Source: Patescibacteria group bacterium
GTDB lineage: Bacteria > Patescibacteriota > Microgenomatia > UBA1400 > PJMF01
Length of the DNA: 43,974 nt
Direction of reading: 5' to 3'
Assembly: GCA_041747555.1 (NCBI GenBank)
Contig: JBGTEY010000006.1
Coordinates: forward strand, 1 to 43,974
The position numbers and the translations under genes are program-made. How positions within the stretch are numbered: position 1 is the first letter of the stretch; each line of letters starts with the position of its first letter. Below the pieces are notes generated by a model. The model worked only from the letters and a program-made list of their open reading frames with translations, was not told the DNA's origin and ran no database searches. Shown here piece after piece: positions 39,308-43,974 of this stretch.

Positions 39308-39408
39308 GAAAATTACTCAAGACAACGCTATTGTATTCCCAATAAAAAAACTGTCAATTGAAAAATCACAACAACCGCGGCGCGAACACCACGCAACATT
39401 TAGGAAAA

Positions 39409-40011
39409 TTATAAATACCCGAGACTGGTAAGCTTATCTCTATTTGCAGCAGCAACTTCTTCTCCAAAAGCATCGCTCTCTTGAACGATTACCTCTAGTT
39501 TCTTGCCACCACCGAGTGTTTCGTAAAATGCAATCTGGGGATCGAGAACTTTTTTGACAAGTGCATCGTCTGCCTGAGCCACCCAGTCAGCACTGATTTG
39601 GAATTGTCCTAGGTTGTAGACATCCTCACCTCCGCCAATGGTAAAACAAATTTTATTTGCTACGTGGATGCCTTTGGGACGAACCATATGCGCTTTAATT
39701 TCGCCGCCCAATTCTTTTGGGTCGGTGAAGGGAATCATTTTAATATAGGTAAGATCGAGCTTGTCTGCCAAAGCCTCAACGTGTTGCTGAGCACTGGCAT
39801 TGGTCTGTTCCCAGGTGGAAACATCAAGTTGTTTTTTGGTCCAGTCGTTTTCTTCACAGGCTGCAATACACATTGGCTCACCGACAATTTTCTTGAGAAT
39901 TGCCACCGCTTCATCAAATCCTTCAAGCTTAAAACCACTACCCACGAATGAAAATCGTGTGCCTTGATTTACTTGAACCCCTTCGTCACCACAGGTTATT
40001 ACGTATGCCAT
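39409..40011 (-). CDS. Orphan protein, 200 aa, with an apparent internal duplication
   Basis: ATG 40011 has AAGGA 7 nt upstream. The N-half (YVITCGDEGVQVNQGTRFSF...FDEAVAILKKIVGEP) resembles the C-half (ICFTIGGGEDVYNLGQFQIS...ADDALVKKVLDPQ). No family recognised. Confidence 0.72.
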   Translation of the reverse strand: MAYVITCGDEGVQVNQGTRFSFVGSGFKLEGFDEAVAILKKIVGEPMCIAACEENDWTKKQLDVSTWEQTNASAQQHVEALADKLDLTYIKMIPFTDPKELGGEIKAHMVRPKGIHVANKICFTIGGGEDVYNLGQFQISADWVAQADDALVKKVLDPQIAFYETLGGGKKLEVIVQESDAFGEEVAAANRDKLTSLGYL

Positions 40012-40066
40012 ATGAAAGTCCTTGTGTCGTTCGTGTCGGCAGTAAATTACCGACTTCTACGGTGCT

Positions 40067-40075
40067 ATTATAGCA
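40067..40075 (-). promoter_or_regulatory. Extended -10 box TGcTATAAT upstream of the 200-aa gene
   Basis: Plus strand reads attatagca at 40067-40075, within the palindrome GTGCTATTATAGCAC, about 55 nt upstream of ATG 40011. Confidence 0.35.
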
Positions 40076-40116
40076 CATTCCAGGCCAAAAAGTTGTGGCA
40101 GATCAATATTTTTTAC

Positions 40117-40350
40117 TTATTTAGCTGGTTCGACTTCGTCGTCGGTGTCCTCTTCATCTTCGAGGTCATCGTCATCTGCATCATCATCCATATCGTCGTC
40201 ATCGACCATATTTTGGATAGCGTCTAAGTATGCCTGCATATCTGCTTCGACTTTTTCCCAGTCACCATTTGCCTCACGAATTGCATTAAATAATAGATCC
40301 ATATCAATCAATAATTGGTCATCGGTGACGATCATTCGTTGTTTTGCCAT
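40117..40350 (-). CDS. Small protein with an extremely acidic C-terminal tail, 77 aa
   Basis: ATG 40350 (MAKQRMIVTDDQ...) has GGAG upstream; the track start at 40392 is TTG. The tail reads VDDDDMDDDADDDDLEDEEDTDDEVEPAK. Confidence 0.6.
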   Translation of the reverse strand: MAKQRMIVTDDQLLIDMDLLFNAIREANGDWEKVEADMQAYLDAIQNMVDDDDMDDDADDDDLEDEEDTDDEVEPAK

Positions 40351-40422
40351 AGGTCTCCTTTTGGTACTTTGTAGTAGTCGGTAGCTCGCCAAATCTAAGC
40401 GGTGCTTAGTGCTCTGCTGAGT

Positions 40423-41529
40423 TTACTTGTAACCAACTGGTAATTCAGTCAGGACAAGACTCAAACTCATTCGACGCTGCTCTGGATCAACACTCTCAAC
40501 ATGGACGGTGATTTCATCGCCTTTTTTGAGCTCGTGATGAGGCTCAAGTTTGCTTGAGTGAATAAGTCCATCAATTCCAGCTTCAACATTCACAAACACA
40601 CCAAATGACTCAACTCGTGAAACGGTTCCACTCAAGGTGGTTCCTGATTCATAACGTTTGTCGATCTCTTCCCATGGATCGTTGGTGAGTTGTTTGATTG
40701 AAAGGTTAAGCTTGCCAGTTTTCTCGTCTACTCCAAGAACGCGTACTTTAAGTCGATCGCCAACTTGGTGATATTCTTTGGGGTGTGAAACTTTTTCCCA
40801 TGAAATTTCTGAGATGTGAACGAGACCTTCAACATGTCCTGGAGTTTCGCTCTCTGGGATTGGAACTTCAACAGTTACAAACAGTCCAAAATGCATGACG
40901 CCAGAAACAACACCTTCATAGATTTCGCCAATATTGACTTCATCAAGTGCTTGTTCTTTTTGGGCAATTTCTTGCTCTTCTGAAACGTGTCGCTCAGAGA
41001 AAATTAATCGATTTTTCTCACGATCAACTTCAATGACACGGACTTTAAAACCATCGCCACGAAGCGTTCCATAACTTCCAACTAATTCTTTACCAAATTG
41101 ACTGGAAGGAACAAAGCCGCGAGTGCCGTTTACCAAGACGACCATGCCGCCTTTATTAACTTCAAGGCCTTTTGCCTCAAGAACAGATTGTTTTTCGTAT
41201 GCTTCTTCGAAGTATTCCCAACGAGCGTCGTTTGCTGCCTTTTTGAGTGACAACAAGACTTGCCCTTGAGCATTTTCTTCTGTTTGAACGGTTGCTTCAA
41301 TTTCTTGACCAACTTCTAGTTCGTCAATATATTCTTTTGCAACTTCAAATTCTTTGTCGGTGACGAGGCCCTCGGTTTTGGCACCGATGTCGAGTAAGAG
41401 CATTTTCTTGCCCTTAGCGGTGATTTTTCCGGTGACTGTTTCGCCCCGTTTTGGGACCACGATGATGTGGTCGCTTTTTTCTAAAAGATCCGCCATTGTC
41501 TGGCGGGGTTTTTGTACTGTAGTAGCCAT
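40423..41529 (-). CDS. rpsA: 30S ribosomal protein S1 (four S1 domains), 368 aa
   Basis: Repeated S1/OB motifs (G..V.G.V......G..VD.G...EG..H.SE.). Start moved to ATG 41529 (MATTVQKPRQ...) with AAGGGG upstream. Confidence 0.92.
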   Translation of the reverse strand: MATTVQKPRQTMADLLEKSDHIIVVPKRGETVTGKITAKGKKMLLLDIGAKTEGLVTDKEFEVAKEYIDELEVGQEIEATVQTEENAQGQVLLSLKKAANDARWEYFEEAYEKQSVLEAKGLEVNKGGMVVLVNGTRGFVPSSQFGKELVGSYGTLRGDGFKVRVIEVDREKNRLIFSERHVSEEQEIAQKEQALDEVNIGEIYEGVVSGVMHFGLFVTVEVPIPESETPGHVEGLVHISEISWEKVSHPKEYHQVGDRLKVRVLGVDEKTGKLNLSIKQLTNDPWEEIDKRYESGTTLSGTVSRVESFGVFVNVEAGIDGLIHSSKLEPHHELKKGDEITVHVESVDPEQRRMSLSLVLTELPVGYK

Positions 41530-41564
41530 AAATACTATTTCCCCTTTCTTACGAAGTGTATGGG

Positions 41565-41573
41565 AGTATACCA
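41565..41573 (-). promoter_or_regulatory. Extended -10 box TGgTATACT upstream of rpsA (leadered)
   Basis: Plus strand reads agtatacca at 41565-41573, about 35 nt upstream of ATG 41529. Confidence 0.4.
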
Positions 41574-41606
41574 TATCTATGGTTTTTTTACCTCAAGGGA
41601 ATGTGG

Positions 41607-41636
41607 CTGACAAACATCCATCTTTGTGCCTATACT
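41607..41636 (+). promoter_or_regulatory. Promoter of pgk: CTGACA, 18-nt spacer, TATACT, then 6 nt to the ATG (leaderless candidate)
   Basis: gCTGACAaacatccatctttgtgccTATACTatatatATG, with the ATG at 41643. No SD. Confidence 0.5.
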
Positions 41637-41642
41637 ATATAT

Positions 41643-42911
41643 ATGAAGCTACGAACTATCACTGCAAAAGATATCACTGGTAAACGCGTCTTGATGAGAG
41701 TTGATTATAATGTGCCGCTTGAACGCAAAAATGGTTCGGTGACGATTGTTGATGATCGTAGAATACAACTCAGTTTAGAGACGGTGAAATTTCTGCTTAA
41801 ACATGGTGCAGCTGTTACGCTCATCTCACATTTAGGCCGGCCAAAGGGTGAGTCTGATCCCAAACTATCTCTCAAGCCTATCGCCGAGTATATTCAAAAA
41901 AAGTTCTCTATACCGGTGAAGCTGGTTGAGGAATGGGACGAGTCATTACCTCAAGTCACTGAATCACAATCACCAGAAACAGTACATTTGCTCGAAAACA
42001 TTCGATTTTATCCTGAGGAGAAAAAAAACGACGCAGATTTTGCAAAAAAACTTGCCAAACCATTTGATATCTATATAAATGACGCGTTTTCATCTGCGCA
42101 CCGTGCGCATGCGTCTACCGTAGGTGTGACACAATATCTGCCGAGTTTTGCTGGATTTGCACTGACCAAGGAAGTTGATTCACTTTCTAAAATAGTAGAA
42201 AATCCTGTTCGACCACTTGCAATCGTGATTGGTGGCGCAAAAATTTCTGACAAAGTCTCAGCAGCTAAGAATCTTGCTAAAATTGCCGATTTTGTTCTGA
42301 TCGGTGGCGCCGTTGCAAATAATTTCCTCAAGGCAGAGGGTATAGAAATTCACAAGTCGTTTGTAGAAGAAGTCTCTGGTGATCTGGCAAAACAAGGTGT
42401 AGATTACGTACAATTCGCAGAAAAGCTCATGGAGCAGTACAAAACTGAGCGCATTCTTAAAGATGGTTATATTCCACTCCCAAAAATTCTTCATCCCATA
42501 GATGTACTTGCAGCGAAATCGCTTGATACACGCAGCAAAAAACAAGTATCAGTTATTGATTTATCACACGACATGGCTGACACTCCCAACGACTTAGATC
42601 TCCAGTATCTCGATATTGGGCCGAAAACGGTCCGTCTTTATAGTGAGCTCCTTAAACACGCCAAAACCGTCTTCTGGAATGGGCCAATGGGTGTATGGGA
42701 GAATACATTATTCCGCAGAGGCACCAAAAATGTCGCAAAAACGATCGCTGGCTCAGGAGCAACAACTGTCTTGGGCGGTGGCGACACAATTGCGGCAGTC
42801 GATCACTTTGGTTTAGAAAAGAAATTTACCTATATTTCTGCAGCGGGTGGTGCTTCGCTTGATTTTCTTGGTGGTACAGAGCTGCCCGGACTCATTCCTT
42901 TGCAGGGGTAA
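41643..42911 (+). CDS. pgk: Phosphoglycerate kinase, 422 aa
   Basis: RVDYNVPL, SHLGRPKG, ENIRFY.EE, NDAFSSAHRAHAS, GGAKISDK, GPMGVWE and GGGDT. Start moved to ATG 41643 (MKLRTITAKDITGKRVLMRVDYNVP). Confidence 0.95.
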   Translation: MKLRTITAKDITGKRVLMRVDYNVPLERKNGSVTIVDDRRIQLSLETVKFLLKHGAAVTLISHLGRPKGESDPKLSLKPIAEYIQKKFSIPVKLVEEWDESLPQVTESQSPETVHLLENIRFYPEEKKNDADFAKKLAKPFDIYINDAFSSAHRAHASTVGVTQYLPSFAGFALTKEVDSLSKIVENPVRPLAIVIGGAKISDKVSAAKNLAKIADFVLIGGAVANNFLKAEGIEIHKSFVEEVSGDLAKQGVDYVQFAEKLMEQYKTERILKDGYIPLPKILHPIDVLAAKSLDTRSKKQVSVIDLSHDMADTPNDLDLQYLDIGPKTVRLYSELLKHAKTVFWNGPMGVWENTLFRRGTKNVAKTIAGSGATTVLGGGDTIAAVDHFGLEKKFTYISAAGGASLDFLGGTELPGLIPLQG

Positions 42912-43076
42912 ACTTACTAATCCGTTCAATATAGTTTTACTTTTGTGGATTTTTCTCAAGTAATTCTCAGTAATTCAGAATAGGTCGTGGCATAGGCTAT
43001 TTTCCTACTTGAAATGAGCAATAAAAATCGCGTATTATGTAAGAACTATATTGTGCTCGTAGCGGCTACCAGACTA

Positions 43077-43974
43077 ATGCTCAAAGCAACAAATAAAAAA
43101 ATTTCTTTAATTCTCGGGACTGTTGTCCTATTACTTTTACTCCTTGGTTTGACTGCTGGGTATTTTGTGTCGCAACAACAGCAGGATATTCGGCAGCAGG
43201 CATTTAGTTGCAGCAATTTATATACAAAAGCAGAGTGTACTTTTGGTGGGGCATGCACCTGGACTCCTAGCAGTACTGGCTTTGATTGTTCTCAATTAAG
43301 TCCAGGCTCAATTTCTTGTGACAATAACGGAACATATTTCAACTGCTCAACTACTCCATTTAAATGTGAGGGCACTTTTATCATGCCAGGTTCATCAGCG
43401 CAATACAGTTGTGGAACCGTCACAACAGCTGAGGCTTGCATTCAATATCAACAATATGGTTGCTCATATACGTCTGCAAAATGTTCGGGAGTGGGTGAAA
43501 GTAGGAGTGGCGTCTGCAGCGGTAGTGCAAGCAACTTATGCGCTGTAAATGGAGAAGTTATTAATCAAGGTTGTGCTGCTAATAACTGCGCAGCTGGTAC
43601 AGAACGCATATGTACCTGCAACCGACCAGATCCTAACGTATATGGTACTTACAGTTGCACTTGCTCACCCAATGCCGCAGTCTGCGGAGGTGGCGGCTCT
43701 GACCCAGGCACCGATCCTGGTGATGGTGGCGGCTCCGGTGGTGGCGGTGGTTCCGGTGGAGGTGGTGGCTCTGGTAGTGGAGGTGGTGGTGGCTCTGATG
43801 ACGGTGGTGGCGTGCCCACAAACCCCTCAGCTACCTACAGCGCAGTCTGTACTCCAGGACAGCCATATAGCGCTGATGGATCAGCACTCTCATATGACTT
43901 TACCTTTACCAATGTTGCTCCTTCTCTCGGCTTCGAGCGAGCAATCGTCTTCTTAAGCATTGGCGGTAGTGAAT
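43077..43974 (+). CDS. Secreted or membrane-anchored Cys-rich protein with a poly-Gly/Ser linker; partial, as it runs off the window; absent from the supplied ORF track
   Basis: My own translation of the frame starting at ATG 43077 (alternative in-frame ATG 43014) shows no stop through 43974. It begins MLKATNKKISLILGTVVLLLLLLGLTAGYFVSQQQQ, then has about 165 residues with 20 Cys, then GGGGSDPGTDPGDGGGSGGGGGSGGGGGSGSGGGGGSDDGGG, then a new domain. Coherent signal-anchor and domain architecture argues for this frame over the track ORFs. Confidence 0.7.
   Translation, partial: MLKATNKKISLILGTVVLLLLLLGLTAGYFVSQQQQDIRQQAFSCSNLYTKAECTFGGACTWTPSSTGFDCSQLSPGSISCDNNGTYFNCSTTPFKCEGTFIMPGSSAQYSCGTVTTAEACIQYQQYGCSYTSAKCSGVGESRSGVCSGSASNLCAVNGEVINQGCAANNCAAGTERICTCNRPDPNVYGTYSCTCSPNAAVCGGGGSDPGTDPGDGGGSGGGGGSGGGGGSGSGGGGGSDDGGGVPTNPSATYSAVCTPGQPYSADGSALSYDFTFTNVAPSLGFERAIVFLSIGGSE
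43686..43811 (+). repeat. Low-complexity GGY-codon tract encoding the Gly/Ser linker
   Basis: Reiterated ggtggcggctc(t/c)/ggtggaggtggtggc units. This tract explains the spurious long ORFs on both strands here. Confidence 0.8.

Noticed and set aside
43046-43956. Track ORFs 43046-43258(-), 43318-43548(+), 43549-43956(+) and 43633-43821(-)
   Set aside because: They overlap a longer open frame starting at 43077 that has a signal anchor, a Cys-rich domain and a Gly linker. Their own translations (poly-His/Arg or Val/Ala runs) are by-products of the GGY-repeat DNA.

Overview
The window is a gene-dense bacterial chromosomal segment, roughly 90% coding and AT-leaning, that reads cleanly in the standard genetic code. 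Most of it is housekeeping. It holds groES-groEL, an SPFH protein, yidC, a t6A module (a tsaC-tsaE fusion plus tsaD), and nrdR with a monomeric B12-type class II ribonucleotide reductase. A cell-envelope block follows: two class A PBPs flanking a GH18 hydrolase, then murJ. The rest includes cmk, smpB, lepA, rpsT, a pilN/pilO-like cluster with two downstream surface or membrane proteins, a CPA-type cation/proton antiporter, rpsA and pgk. The minus strand carries a tRNA-Ala(UGC)-23S-5S operon with no 16S gene in the window. Several lineage-specific orphans are interspersed, along with many small membrane proteins. The gene content and compactness suggest a reduced-genome bacterium, possibly Patescibacteria/CPR-like, but this is inference only. 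I saw no CRISPR array, transposase, integrase or phage genes, and no clearly recognisable defence island, so I cannot point to a definite novel system. The most noteworthy signals are these: (1) a recurrent extended -10 box (TGnTAnnnT) sits 6-10 nt upstream of operon-first ATGs, implying widespread leaderless mRNAs and correcting several ORF-track starts. (2) A small all-helical protein carries an RNxxxH (HEPN-like) motif next to a tightly overlapped operon of a kinase-like protein, a CPBP protease-like protein and a membrane-anchored protein. (3) Three consecutive orphans lie downstream of rpsA: an acidic-tail protein, an internally duplicated 200-aa protein, and a 375-aa protein with a beta-carbonic-anhydrase-like CxDxR motif plus a His-rich patch. 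(4) A Cys-rich secreted protein at the 3' edge is missing from the ORF track. (5) tsaC and tsaE are fused. All product calls come from by-eye motif recognition, and no database search was possible.
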